Positions 15,003 through 28,217 of a stretch of DNA of 44,769 bases are shown here, in pieces. The stretch covers positions 1 through 44,769 of the forward strand of contig ADNK01001236.1 of the NCBI GenBank assembly GCA_000320545.1, given 5' to 3'. Position 1 is the first letter of the stretch. Each line of letters opens with the position of its first letter. Source of the DNA: Bigelowiella natans CCMP2755 (taxonomy: Eukaryota > Protista > Cercozoa). The position numbers were made by a program, and so were the translations under genes. The notes below the pieces were generated by a model. The model did not search any database. It was not told the DNA's origin and saw only the letters and a list, made by a program, of their open reading frames with translations.

Positions 15003-15361
15003 CGTTTCTCCTGCTTGCATTTGTTTGAATTACCTCCCTAATCGCAACCAACCATTTCTTGGCAACAAAAGATGAATCATTTACATCCGTGGGAACCTGA
15101 GATATTTAGTGGGATTTATTATCTCTTTCTCCCTCTCTTTCTCTCTTTCTCTCGCTATCTTGTGGATGCGTGTCGTAAATAAAACAAAGATTGCGCGGCC
15201 AAAATAGAATGACCTTGAGATTAATAAAAGCTCCGTTGCTAAGTCTCAAATTCAAATGGCGAGTTGTCTTTCCGGGTTTTACATCCAGAACCCCTTTCTT
15301 CATATCTACTACCTGAGAATATCAGAGTAGTGATTAATGCATCTACTCTCGCTCACTCTCT

Positions 15362-15399
<38 letters not shown>

Positions 15400-15774
15400 T
15401 CTTTATACTTATAAGTATATCATGCGTATATGTGTATGCGTATGTGCGTATGTGTGTGCGCGGGCGCGACTTTTGCATACGATCACTGGCGTAGTATGTT
15501 ACTACGATGGTACATCGAATAGATTGATATTTTTTGTGACACCATCGCATCCGACGTGGAGCCCGAGTCCACCCCCGTTTCCCTTTCCTTCCAAAACGTG
15601 AGCGTGTGCCGCTCAATACGGCACTGCCTCAATTTCCATTTGGTATCTCCTCCTTGAAAGCACACACATGCAAGGTTAAAACCTTCCCCACCTGGGAGAA
15701 AAGAAGCGAAAAGCCGAAATACCCGTTGAGGTGGGGAGCTTGATGTAAAGGGCACCTTCCATTACTTCCATCAT
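12615..15774 (-). CDS. Protein with an N-terminal PH domain and a long disordered tail
   Basis: Four small spliced exons give MMEVMEGALYIKLPTSTG-GDTKWKLRQCRIERHTLTFWKE...-VVDMKKGVLDVKPGKTTRHLNLRLSNGAFINLK-VPTDVNDSSFVAKKWLVAIRE. This fits the PH pattern (EGxL.K, WK.R.c.l, terminal W..AI helix). A S/P/G/Q-rich ORF (13138-15051) and a last exon (12615-13046) follow. Confidence 0.7.
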
Positions 15775-16790
15775 GCAATGATTCTACGAGGTTTAAGCAG
15801 GTTGATGCCCTTCAACTTCGGCTCCAGTCATGGCATCCTCCGCTGGCAGAGCCAATCGGCGCTGGTGGTGCTTTTCCCTGGCAATGGGCCCTTCGAGGTT
15901 TGGTGTCGAATTTCGTTCCGACCGAATTTCTTTTATGATCATTGTCTTTGGTAAAAATCGGCATGTATTTTCGTCCCAAATTGCATCTGAGATTCAGAAG
16001 CGAGAACGATGATTTTTCTTGTCTGGGAAACAGGTTTTTGCATCATGCACTAGCTAGCAGCTAGCTAGTGTCTTGTCACACTTTGGAAGTGCAGTTTTTC
16101 ATCATTGTTCATTGTTCATTGTTCATTGCAAGATTGACCACGAGCGTTTCGCGTCTAATCAACATGTTGCTCACGCGTGGACGTTCGTGCGTGAAATTGA
16201 TCTGGAAATCGGTGGCTGCTAGCTGCGCTGCGGACGCTCTGCCGCAGCGCCCCAAACGTCAACCTGCATGATGTGCGACGCCATCACGCTGCATGGCGGT
16301 GGAAGTGCCTGAACGCACCCACAGCGCTGCGCAAAGTCTGCAACTTTCTTGAAACAAAAGCGATGCGATGAACGACCCCGCCACATCGTGACGACTGTGG
16401 CTGCACCCGCCGCCATGCCAGCATGCATGCACACGCATGTGCGTGCTGTCGTGATCTACACGCAGCTAGCAGAACTGCATGCACCTGCGTGCACTTGCAA
16501 GTTGTGGCCGATGCCATGCAAAACGCAAACGTCAGCGCCTCGTCAGCAAGTCGAAGAACGTGTGCATCAAACATCACATTGGAGTGTGCACACACTGGCC
16601 ATGCAAAGATTGCAGAGTGCATCGAATGATGACCAACACATGTAGCCGTGCAGGGGGGTGCTACTAACAACGAACACAATGCAAGATGAGATAAATGAAT
16701 GCCTCACCGATCTTCTGTGCAGAAATGCATCAGTAGGATTGTTGAAACTCACCATCTCTCACTCTGCTTTCCACAAGGGGTATGATTAAA

Positions 16791-19570
16791 TTAGCTAGTT
16801 GTTTTTCCTTCCTCTTTTACTTCCTCCTCAACCTTCTTTTCACTTTCATCGTCATTCTTCTTTTCACTTTCCACATTATCCGCTGTACTTTTCTTGTTAG
16901 CACTCGCATACTTGAAAAGGTATTCCGCCAGGAAATCCACTGGGTCTTCTGGCTGCACCTTACACACCTATTGAAATAGAGAACGAGTTTATGTACCTCT
17001 CTGATCTTTTCGAAGTTTAATCTAGCAAACCTGCAGCAGCCCTTTGGTTATTGGAGGGACAACATTCTTCATGAGGTACCTACGGTACCAAGCACAAAAA
17101 TTTATATGACAATTCGTCGTTGAGGCTCCTTTCCTTACTTTCTCAATGGCATTGAGTAGTTCTCGACAAGAGCTTGTTCCTCAAGAAGCAACTGAGTTGA
17201 GATATAAAATTTTACATACTAGTTTATTGAGCTGAACGTACGATTCCGTCCAAACCTGTTTCCTCCTTTCGGCATCCTCTTTCTCTGTCTCTTCTTTTTT
17301 CTTGACAACCTCTTCGGCTTTCTGTTTAGCATCAGCCTCCTGCAAGTAATGTTTAAACGTAATTAACGAAAAGGTTTGAAGTCTCATAACAACAATGAGG
17401 TGCTTAGGTTACAGTGCACACGTTAGCAGTACCGCTTTATTTTTTGTCTCTAAGATCTTGCTCTCACGCTTGGTCATTGCAGCGTAGGACTCTTCCTCGC
17501 CTGTGGAAAGATCCTTACAGATCGAGATACATCATACTCAGATGGTGTCCATATGTTCTCAGCATGTAATTTTCCACCTTGGGTTTGAACTTTTTGTCAA
17601 TGTATCTTGACACGGAGTCCGGTACATCGCTTTTCTCCTCGAATCCCAACTCCAGTATCGTGGAGCTCTTACGGAAGTATTCAAGAGGATCTGGAACAGA
17701 GTATGGATTACATTGAGAAACTTTGATTACAAAATAATGGCAGCACGTGCTTACTTTTTGTGACATCATCCTGAAGCTTCTCGAATTCTTCGGTCCGTGC
17801 CTTGAACCCCTCCTCGTCGTTATACGCAGCAATTACCTAAAGATTCCCCCACCATTTGTGAATCGACAACTTTTTTTTGAAATCAATGATGCGCCACCTT
17901 GTCCACAGGTATACTATGTATCCTTTTCTCGGCTTGTTCCACGCTGACATGCAAATCTATGATGACATTTGGGGTCTGCGGTTGGTCTACCACACCACTT
18001 CCGTTCTCATCTTTCGAGTCGTCTTTGGAGTCCGATTGAACAGTGAAAAGAGCCTGAAGAACACCATGATCTCTGTGAGAAAAATTCTCCAATTTCCTAA
18101 ACATGTCGAGTGTTATACCTCAGCTGCTTCATGGGTGGTCGGGAATCCATCTAGGACAAAGCCCTACATATTTTCCGAAGAAATTCAGCGTGGTGCTACC
18201 AGCGTATTCTATTATGAGTCACCTTATTCCTAAAGTGCGGAGTCGAGAGGGTTTTCTTAATGATATCCACCGACACTTCAGTGGGCACCATCGTTTCAGC
18301 GTCGGGGGCTTTAGCCTTTTTCGCAGCAGCACGTGCAGCCTCCACTTTTGCCTAGAAATTAACACTGTCAGATTTGCATGAATGAAAGAGGGTGGAAATG
18401 AATGCCACCTTGATTTCCTCGTCCTTCGACATTGCATCCTCGATGATTTCCTTCGTGTCCACGATCAGGATCTTATATTTTTCAGCCAACTTCTTTGCAA
18501 GGAATGTTTTCCCTGCACCAGGTCTTCCATGGATGAACACTTTGATAGTAGGATACAGCCCATTTACACTGGTGTATTCTTTGCAAACCCTACCCGCGTT
18601 TACAGCCAGACCATCTTTGCACTCCCACTTCATCCCCTTCGCCTCGAGGCCATTAACATACCCCAGCTCTATCGGTTTGTTGAACATCGCGGCCTCTAGA
18701 TTTCCCCATTTGCCGGTAAGCGCATCAATAGAATCCAGGGGCAATTGCTTGGTTTCTCCTGACCCCAGTATCTTCGATACTTCCTCTGCAATTTTCTTTG
18801 AATCTCCTTTTGAAGAATCGGTCGCGAGGATGTACGGACTCTCAGGAAATTCGCTTTGAATGTGGAATAATATTTTCGCAAGGTCCATTACGTGCAATGA
18901 GGGTAACACTCCCTTTGACTCGAGAAATTGGACAGGTTTGCAAAGAAATGCATCCCGGAAGTAAGAGAAGAGTCCTTCAGGACTTTTATCCTCTCCATTG
19001 CCATACAGAACTCCAGGAGCAACTATGCAAGGAGAAATCGTGCTTTCCTCGCTTGATTGGGCACAGGCTAAAATCTCATCTTCAAGAGTTTTGATAGCTT
19101 TATATTTGAAAGAGCACTCCCGTGTCTTGTAGTCGGTCTCCTTCAAAGAGCTACTGTTGGATTTATTCCACGATAGGAACGTTGAAACACCAACAACGTA
19201 GAGCGGAGTCTTGTTAACTTTAATTTCTAAAATAATGTCTTTTAGAACGGCAGCGATAATATGCGAGAGAAAAGGTGTAAATTACCTTTAACAGCACCCA
19301 AAAGTTCTTGTACATGTCCTCCATTACGCACAAGATCCACGACAATTAAAGATGCCTTGGAAAATATCCATATTAGTAAACATCGTGGGTGTTACGGATG
19401 ATTTCTTGCTTCACCTTGGCTACAGCACTTTTCAAGTCTAGGCCGGGTTTTGGTTTTAGAACGTTGTGCTTCAGGGCACGACATTGTTCCTCCACCGCAT
19501 TTCCGATGTAAGTATTGCAGTCCTGCCACCACGTAGAGTCAATTAGAACGTTGAACCCACCATCGCTCAT
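16791..19570 (-). CDS. AK7: Adenylate kinase 7 (ciliary; NAD-binding-like N-terminus, ADK domain, Dpy-30 domain)
   Basis: Motifs YVVGVSTFLSW..LKETDYKTR, CIVAPGVLYGNGE, LPSLHVMDLA and P-loop VFIHGRPGAGKT. C-terminal Dpy-30 motif [40 protein letters not shown]. Stop TAA at 16791-16793. Confidence 0.9.
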
Positions 19571-20453
19571 CTTGCAGCAGGTCGTAGCAGAGATGCAGGT
19601 GTGATTCGCGAGCTTCGGGGAAACACTAGTTTGCCAGTGGGAGTATGTGCCGTTTCCTCTGAGCCCAACTATCAGAAAATCGCATGCCTATTCAAACGGA
19701 AAAGAACTAAAAGTGTTGTCGCATAGCTGAAACCCCTTTCCAGATACTGGCTTTCGCAAGCGAAAAACCGCTTCCTGCGAATTTGGGAGATCCATAGCTC
19801 TGAAGTTGGGGTTTCCGATGATCTTTGATCAGCATGTCGTACGGAAAAGGTGTTATCCAATTATTCTGCCTGCATGGGCAAGAAATAATAGTGAAATTCA
19901 CGGTATGGAGCGCATTATTTCAGATATTTTGTAATTTTAGATACAGAGGGGGATGTGGACCGGGAAATCGATTCGATTCTTGCAAAAGAATGCCTCTCAT
20001 AAACCAAGAATAATTAGTCTAAATGATCTAGAAGTAGAACCTTGTGGTAGGTGCGAGCTTCATCATGGTACTTTTACTTTTTTGACAGCATTCTACTATA
20101 AAATACTAAAATTAGCCTACATTCAGAAAAATAATTCAGCAGAAAACATCATAGGTACATCTTGAGATCTCGGGGTGGTCGGCCCACGTCCGACCGATAT
20201 GGAACGAAGGCGAACCAAGTTAGGGCTCAGATGTGCATAGTTTGTTTCACAACCGCCCTCTGAATACATATCATTTTATCTTTAATGATCCCCTGTTAAG
20301 AAGAGCTGTTTTCTTTTTATTACCATCACTAAGAACACCAATTAGTTCGCACATTTAAGCAAGATCGTTCTTTGAAATCGTGGAGACAAGGAGATGTCAT
20401 AAGTCCCAGCAGCAAAGCTCACCCTAAGAACTGCATTCAAGCCAAAACCTACG

Positions 20454-21103
20454 ATGCTGGATTTTCGGCGAGTGTGGGATTCGAAATATGAACGCAAGCG
20501 CTCGCATCATCACTCTTCCGACCCATTTTTCCGCATCGGTCCTGATGCTCTCAGGATAATCTGCCAGATGTCCCGTCCTCGACAATTATGCGCGTAAGTG
20601 CACATATTTGCATCCAACGATGAACATGAAACATCCCTCATCGTCCTAATTTACACACTGCTGCCTCCCTCGCAAATATCCAGCCTCATGGTGGCTTCAC
20701 GTGCCTTCAAGGGCATCGCCGACAATACCCTCCTGTGGACATCATTTATAACGCAAGATTTCCCACTGATAACAGAGCAGCAGTTAAAATGGAGACTGAG
20801 TGGAACGAGTGCGAAGGTCGTCAATTTCACAGAGAAACCGCACCTTCATCTTCTTGCACGTGAAAGAATATGAGATTATTGGCACATCGTTTTTAGGAAT
20901 TCTATCTAGAGATGGCGTACGATGAGACCGGAAAGGATCTCGACTCTATCGATGAACCTGGAACTGACGAGTGCATTCTAGCAGGAAAGGTGGACCGATG
21001 AGCATATGCTATGTGAATTTGTACGATGTAATAATGCTATGATGGCGAAGGAAATAGCGAATTTCATCCTTTAGAAAAATGTGAAAGTAACTATTCAGAA
21101 TCG

Positions 21104-21187
<84 letters not shown>

Positions 21188-21731
21188 CGAAAGAATGGTC
21201 TATTGCTACCCTGCGATATGGCTGATGCCGTCAAAACCGTCGTTGTCTTCAGCGTGTGTGAAAACGTCTTTATATTTTGCTTTCTTCTGGTAGTTATGGC
21301 AATCGTATCATCTTCACATCATTCCCGTTCTGGTTCCATTGTTAACGCTGACCATTACGGCCCTGATTGTATCTCGTTTGGAGCATCAAGAAGCACATTC
21401 TCGAGCTGTCCAACGAGGTGTTCAGGCGTCAAATGTGGAGGCTTTGGTAGGGGATATCGACCACACCTGGGTATGTATATTGTTTTCAAAATCAGCATTT
21501 TTTATGAGGTTCGAATGTGAACCCCCCCAATGGTTTTTATTCTCCTGGGCGTGTTCTTTGTGCCGGACCGTCGCAGAACACAAAATTGTCGTTTTAAGAT
21601 AAACGGTTTTTACGATTTCGACCCGTCAATTTGGCGTGGTTTTCAATGAGAGGGAGAGGGAGGGAGAGAAAGAGAATGAGAGAGAGAGAGAGAGAAAGAT
21701 CCAGTACTTGAATACGCTGAATAATTTGCCG

Positions 21732-21767
<36 letters not shown>

Positions 21768-21942
21768 TTTTTCACCGTCATCTCATCGAATATCGTCTGT
21801 GTGCAGGTTGCTTTGCTCTGGTGGCTGCTCCTTCCAATCATGGGAAGCGGCGGCCTCTCCCTGTGGTATTTCCGAGTCTGGTGGAGGGACTTATACGAGG
21901 ACATCGCGGGGCCATTCAAGGTGATAAAAATGTAGTAGTAGC

Positions 21943-21982
<40 letters not shown>

Positions 21983-22200
21983 ATGGGGTTATTTCCACAT
22001 AAAAACGTTATATTCGGAAGTGGATAACAACGAACCGCCTGTTACGATGAATTTCGGGTCTGATGAAGCACGAACGGGCCTGCAGGTGCAGCAGAGCCCC
22101 CGTGAACCATCAGTTTTTACATTGTCAAATTCATTTCTCCTACCTTCCCCTTTGAGTTGTCGTCGCGAGTGGGGGTTTCATACACATACACACAAAGTAA

Positions 22201-22245
<45 letters not shown>

Positions 22246-22779
22246 TATATATCTGTATATATATTAAATAAATAAATGTTATCGATGGCCATCATCATTC
22301 AGTCTTTCGTCACGACCGTCCTCAACGACAACATTAGCGAGATGCAGTATTTATGTCCTGTTTGGATCCTAGTGCTCCTTGGTATCGGACTGCTTAGCTT
22401 GCGAGGTGTGTGCCCCCATCGCCCACTACAAAGGAGAAATAATATTAAAAGAAATTTATATATATTGGAGAAAAGAGTCCAAGAAATTGCGAGGCTATCA
22501 TTTCTGCTTCTCCTTGTTCTGCTGCTGTCGTCATCGTCATCATCATCATCATCATCGTCTCCTTCTTCCTCTTCTTCATCTTCTTCTATGGTTCTTTCTT
22601 TCAGTGTCCAATCTCGTGTTTAGCTTCTCTTATTGGTGGGTTACCTTCCCCCTCATGATAGCGCCAGCCTTGTTGCTGGGGTGGGCATTCCAGGTCGCCC
22701 TTCCTCCCTCGTCCCCCCACCTCCCCTCAAGCCTTCCTAGAAGACGTGATAACGTGAGACGCGTTTGTGTCTATGTGTG

Positions 22780-22820
<41 letters not shown>

Positions 22821-23075
22821 CTGCAAGGTTGCCTCCAATTGCGAGAATGTCTTCGATGTTATCTTTGCCGTGGGTGTGAGCATGTTCCTCACGATACCGC
22901 TTATCTCGTTCACGACGTTGCTCACCCTCTATCTGGTATATTTGTTAGGGATAGTGGTAGTAGGAGTAGTAGTCGTAGTAGTAGTAGTAGTAGTGGTAGT
23001 AGTTGTTGTGTTAGCAGTAGAAGTATGCGCGAAAGGGGTCTGCAGTAGCATGTTTTGGATTTTGGACAAGTCTCT

Positions 23076-23115
<40 letters not shown>

Positions 23116-23971
23116 TCTCTATTTCTCTTTCTTTTCCTCTTTTTCCTTACAGACACACACACACACACACACGCACACACGCCAACTTGCAAAATCCACC
23201 ACCATTGCTCCCTACGGTCATGCATAGAATGGAAACACGGACGAGGTGGATCCCATCGACATTATGGTTCCACTCTTCATCCTGGAGGGAGTGTTTCTCG
23301 TTGTGCTGTGCGGACTCTTCCTCAACAACGACACGAGAATGTCAGCGAAAGCAAATCAGAATGGCGAGGGGAGAGGGGAGAGGGGAGAGGGGGGGGGGGG
23401 GGGGGTAAATACGCGCGAGAACAGCGAGAATACGTTTTCCTACTCGACTCGGTTGCGTCGTCAACTCACAATACCTTAGATTTTAAAGGGGTCTTATTTT
23501 GTATTACGCTTACACAGACGGCATTTCTACGGCTTCAGCAGCTTCTGCGTTGTCATTCCTCTAATGATTTTCCAGGTCAATGCGCGTGTATGTATAGCTT
23601 CTTCTTGTAGATATTTAAAACATCAACTATTTCTCCTAAAAAAAAAAGAAATCTATTGAAAGCTAGGGCCCGCTACACGGCGCTAGGGGTCGTTGCGGAG
23701 CACAGCAATCTGCGATTTTATCCAATACCAGTGCAAGTCTTTTATGTTCCCGCTCATCATCGTCAATATATGGCGTTTGAAGGTGTTGCTCCTCTTTCGG
23801 GTCGAGAATAATTGGAGCTACGGGCTGACGTTCGCTCCTTGCTTCATTGGAGAGGTAAATCGGTTTTTACAGAACCCATTGCAAGACTCTCCCAGGGAGG
23901 AGATTGGTATCTTTTGCTGCGCGTGGCTTATCTTGCACATATATGGATTTTTCGGCAGGTTTTTCTCTTGA
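20454..23971 (+). CDS. F-box-like domain fused to a multi-pass membrane region (TMEM185/Fragile-X-F-like repeats)
   Basis: Spliced F-box-like segment FFRIGPDALRIICQMSRPRQLCA-LMVASRAFKGIADNTLLWTSFITQDFP. It is followed by many hydrophobic exons with W..vF.Pl motifs (YWWVTFPLMIA, IMVPLFILEG, WSYGLTFAPCFIGE) and ends ...IYGFFGRFFS*. Confidence 0.6.
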
Positions 23972-24371
23972 CGTGTGGATGTCTCTGGACGGCGCGGGAC
24001 CTGAAGCTTATTACCCTTCCCAATGTAGGTTTTCGTAATTTGCTCTGCAAGATGATCCTTCTGTAGGTCGTAGGAGAGAAACCTCCTCTGACAAAATTTT
24101 GTGTGGCTCACCTCGTAATCGGTAGGATGTTGATGTACAAGACACGCCCGTAGACAGCATTCTCTAAGATATGTGCCCAACCAAGAGGGGGCCCGGATAG
24201 CTTGGTGAGTGCCAGGACTTGAGACTTTAGTAAATCTCATCATCTAATCATGTTTTATTTGGCATGGTTGCTTTTGGCCGTCTATTATAGAGAGCCGGAG
24301 GCGGCAGGGAAAGAGATATTGCATGCACGTATATGTCTACTAGTATGCACGCGACGTCGTCATGCATCTCA

Positions 24372-24627
24372 TCGTATGAGACGGATGTAATCATATGATT
24401 AAATCTTTAAATTCAATCGTCATCCTAATGTAGCTATGCAAAGCAGCGGCTGCAGCGCTTATGTGTTGTATCTATTGGTTTCTGCTTTTATGTGTTTTAT
24501 GCATGCAAAGGCTTCCATATCATACATAGCATATATGAGACGGATGTAATGAAGAATTAAATTTTTTCAATGGTCATCCTGATGTAGCTGTGCAATGCAG
24601 CGGCTACAGCGCCAATGTTGCATCTAG
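24372..24627 (+). repeat. Diverged ~95-bp duplication; a third copy lies at ~32616-32672
   Basis: atgagacggatgtaat...ttcaat[c/g]gtcatcct[a/g]atgtagct[a/g]tgca..gcagcggct[g/a]cagcgc at ~24376 and ~24535. acatgagacggatgcaatgaa...ttcaatggtcatcctgatgtagccatgc at ~32617. Confidence 0.85.
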
Positions 24628-25168
24628 CATATATCATAGGGCTGCTAGCTAGCTAACAAGGTACTGGCTCAAAGAGGACGTACGTAATTCAGTAGTGCTG
24701 CGTTAATTGGTTACGTTTTAGCTTAAGCATGTATACATATGTCAATGAACCGTTCGCATTGTTATATAGAGATATAGAGTTAGTTCCGAGGTCAGGCTTG
24801 TTACATGCAGCGCAGACCACAAACAATCAGTCCCAGCAGAAATAAACACAAAATCATATGAGTAGGTTATTACGCGCGCAGCTTTATTGGCATAGCGGTC
24901 GTGTAATATATGCATTGTTTTAATAGCATAGCTACTTATTAGCTACACCGGCGCGGCAGCGATGTGCACTTCTTATAATAATGCATGCATATCGCCGCAT
25001 CGTGCAACATTTGTGAGCCATATGCCATGAAGATCACAATAATGCTAGAATGTACCAGAAACATGCTGCTACTAATTTTCAAATCTCATATTAGTAGCGA
25101 AATTTGTACAAAGTGTCGACGAATTTTTGCTTGTCCGAATGCACTTCATTGCCGCGATTGCTGCCTGG

Positions 25169-28100
25169 CTATTCTTCTTCGTCGGCCTTCTGAGGTTCCT
25201 TCTTTCCAACGTCACTTCTGCGGAAAACTTTGTTAACCTTGCCATCGAGAATGAGAACGTCCTTAATTTTCTTCATCTCGGTTTCAGGTTCAAGGTTTTC
25301 AATGGCAGAAGCGGTCATGACTCTCAAGTTTGGACTCAGCTTGTAGATCTGAACAACTCCGCGCTCATCTCCGACAAGAACGATAGGTTCCCGAGGGTTG
25401 AAAGCCAAATGCGTAAGGTTAGGTGGCTTCTTCTTGTACTTCCGAGTAATCTGCATTTCCCCAACCGGTTCGTGCTTGTTCACGTTCAAGTCGTAAAGCC
25501 GAAGCCAGTTGTCTTCGGTGACACAACCAAACACTGTAGAGGAGTATGGCGCCCATTGGACATCACCGACTGGGCTGCCAAGGTCGAAAGTCATAATCGG
25601 TTCGAAGCAACTTCTATGCCACACCTTTACACACCAATCATGCGATGAAGACAAGAAGACATTCGTGTTGTATTTGTTCCACTTGCAAGCATAAACTTGG
25701 GAGTGGTGCCCTTTGAACTTCTCGAGACATTCCGTGTCGTACTGCTTCGAGTACGTTCGGAGAGCGCCTTCATCAGTTCCGACGACGTATAGGTCTCCAG
25801 AATCGTTAACATCGAAGCATTGGCCTCCCGCAAGAGCCGGGTTGGTTTCCTCATCATCATCGTTATCCTCGCCTTCTAACTTCTCCTTGGCCTTGATTTG
25901 CATCACCTCTACATTCTCCAGCTCCGTTTTGGCCATGACCCAGTCCACAATTCTGCCGTCCGATGAGATGCTCGTGAACACGTTAGGCTTCCCGGGAACT
26001 GTATTCTTCCATCGCACCTGCCATACGGGCTCCCAGTGCTTCTTCCGCGGATCGTCGACAAAGAACAAAGGCTTTCCTGTCTTTGAGGTCATGTCGTACA
26101 CGGAGACCGTTCCATCGTACATCCCGCACGCTAAGAGGTTTGGATAAATCGGATGGAAGTCGATGCTCATCACGCCGCTATGTGTTCGGAATACGAATAT
26201 CGGATAGGAGGTATTCTTCATAGAGAACACACAAATGAGCCCCTTTTGGTTCTTGGGCATGAAATTGTAGCTGCCGTACCCCACCGCGAACATGTCCATG
26301 TATTTTCGGTTCCAGCAAAGAGCCGTCACCGTCTTCCCTTTAGCCTCGTGAAAGCTACACGAGAACAGGTGCTGGAAGGTACCCTTTCCTGTCTTCTTAT
26401 GCTCTCCGCGATGATCCTTCTCATCGCTTTCCGTGGTGTACTTAAACTTCATGAAAGAAGAGTTCTGAGAAGGAAAAAAAGAGAAAATTAGACCAGCGAA
26501 CCCTGCATGTGTATCGACACAGCGAACGATTTCTTATAGCGGAGAAATCAAGCTAACAAGACAATCGCATCTATCTGTCAGCTACAGACATGGAGCTGTT
26601 GCAAAATTATGTGTTTTACCTTTACGTTTTGAACCACGATTCGGTCTAACATATCTGCGAGTATTTTGGCACGAGGATTGTTGAGAATGCGGTCCCTCTC
26701 GATAGATTCATCGGATCCATTGTACGTGAGCACGGTTTGGGTGTTCTGCAGACAGAGAAGATTAACCATTAGCGTCGCATTCAGGGCATACATCGTTTTT
26801 GCTTTGGACCTTTTTCTTCTTGTCTCTTGAGCCCTTCTTCTCTGCAGCATGGCGAGCTGCGACGATCTCCTTGGCCCATTTCACGTACCTATCGTAGATC
26901 GTCCACTGGAATACACTTTTGCAGAACTTGACAGCCGGGGGCATTTTGGTAGCAACCTACAATGGGGAGGAAATGATGTATATTAGAGAACGTGCCGTAC
27001 CATCGTCAGTGAACTAGTAAAAGTCCTTTAAATAACGATAGCTCAAATCTGACTTATTCTCTCGAAATTCAGTTTCGTGGTAGGTGCCGCACCTCTTTAG
27101 TTCGGGATGGGAAGGACACTGTTTGAGATGCTCGATCACTAAAGTTGAACTGGTTCTTGGAATATATATCGTCGCTCTGATATCAAACACATCACAATAT
27201 TATACATATGTAAATGTGTGTGATATTTGTAAATTAAAAAGACGTTTCTGAGAAAAAGCATGCGCGATGATATTCTGTATGAAATTGTTCATTACTATGA
27301 AATTCTCTTGTTTTGTGGAAATTGAGAATAAATCAGAGACTACCTCTTTTTTTCCCTCCTCTTCCTTCTCTTCCTCCTTGCTCTCATCGTCCTCTTTCTT
27401 TTCCTCTTCTTCGTCTTTCCCTTCCTCCTTCTTTTCCTCAGAGGCCGCGAACTCTAGATTGGCATCGATTGCAGCGAATTTTGCCTCGATATCATCAAAT
27501 TGACTTTGGTTGGCCGTCGAAAGCTTCACAACCTTCTCCTCCTCAACAGGGTCCTACAAGAAGTTTTCGTAGCTTAGTCTCAAATTCGTGGATGGGCCAG
27601 TTTCTACATTGTTGCCTTTTCCGTGCTGTTTGTTAGATACTGCTACAATCTAAATTCCGAAAAGGACATTGTGTCCATATAGCTAAGATTATCAACCTTA
27701 ATATTCTGCTCCTTGGCTTCTTCACCATCTTTCAAGATCAGATTTCCCATCATCTTAAAATGGACGCACATGTGCATCTGGGAGTGGAAGAAGATGTTAC
27801 TTTAGGTGCAATCTACCAGATCATTCACCACAATTGGGTACCTGTGCAGCCACATTCTTTGGCTTGTATAATTTATATTCTTTCTCTTTGTGGTGAAAAT
27901 GGCAGATGTTTGGTGGGACATTGGGATCTTTCGCCTCATACGTTGTCTCATACTCTCGATCTGAAAACGTAAGAGATAAATAACACTACCTTTCCACATC
28001 TGATGGAATTTTTTTACCAAGCTCCTCTGGGGAGAGCTCCACGATCTTCTTTTCAGGCTGTAAAAAAAACAAAAATCCATTAGATCGAAGAGCGTGCACA

Positions 28101-28217
28101 TATGGAGCGGTGCACCTCTCCCTCCTCGGCGTCCGCTTCATTCTCAGGCACAGGTTGTGGTTCAGCCTCCTTGGCTTTCTTCTTGTGCCTTCGATTGCGG
28201 TTGAAGGACTTCCTCAT
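25169..28217 (-). CDS. DNAI1: Axonemal outer-arm dynein intermediate chain 1 (IC78/ODA9 type), WD40
   Basis: Motifs KNQFNFSDRASQT, FQWTIYDRY, VTALCWNRKYMDMFAVGYGSYNF, VFSMKNTSYP, SGVMSIDFHPIYPNLLACGMYDG, SISSDGRI, YVVGTDEG and VGDVQWAPYSSTVF. ATG at 28217. Confidence 0.92.

Noticed and set aside
157-15051. Numerous antisense and alternate-frame ORFs with poly-amino-acid runs
   Set aside because: These are shadows of GC-rich exons and trinucleotide microsatellites.
16219-16755. Multiple Cys/His/Ala-rich ORFs, also at 38080-38510 and 43614-44031
   Set aside because: These are explained by TpA loss removing TAA/TAG stops, and no protein motifs are recognisable.
20160-20240. GC-rich stretch as a possible tRNA or ncRNA
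   Set aside because: I could not build a cloverleaf or find A/B boxes.
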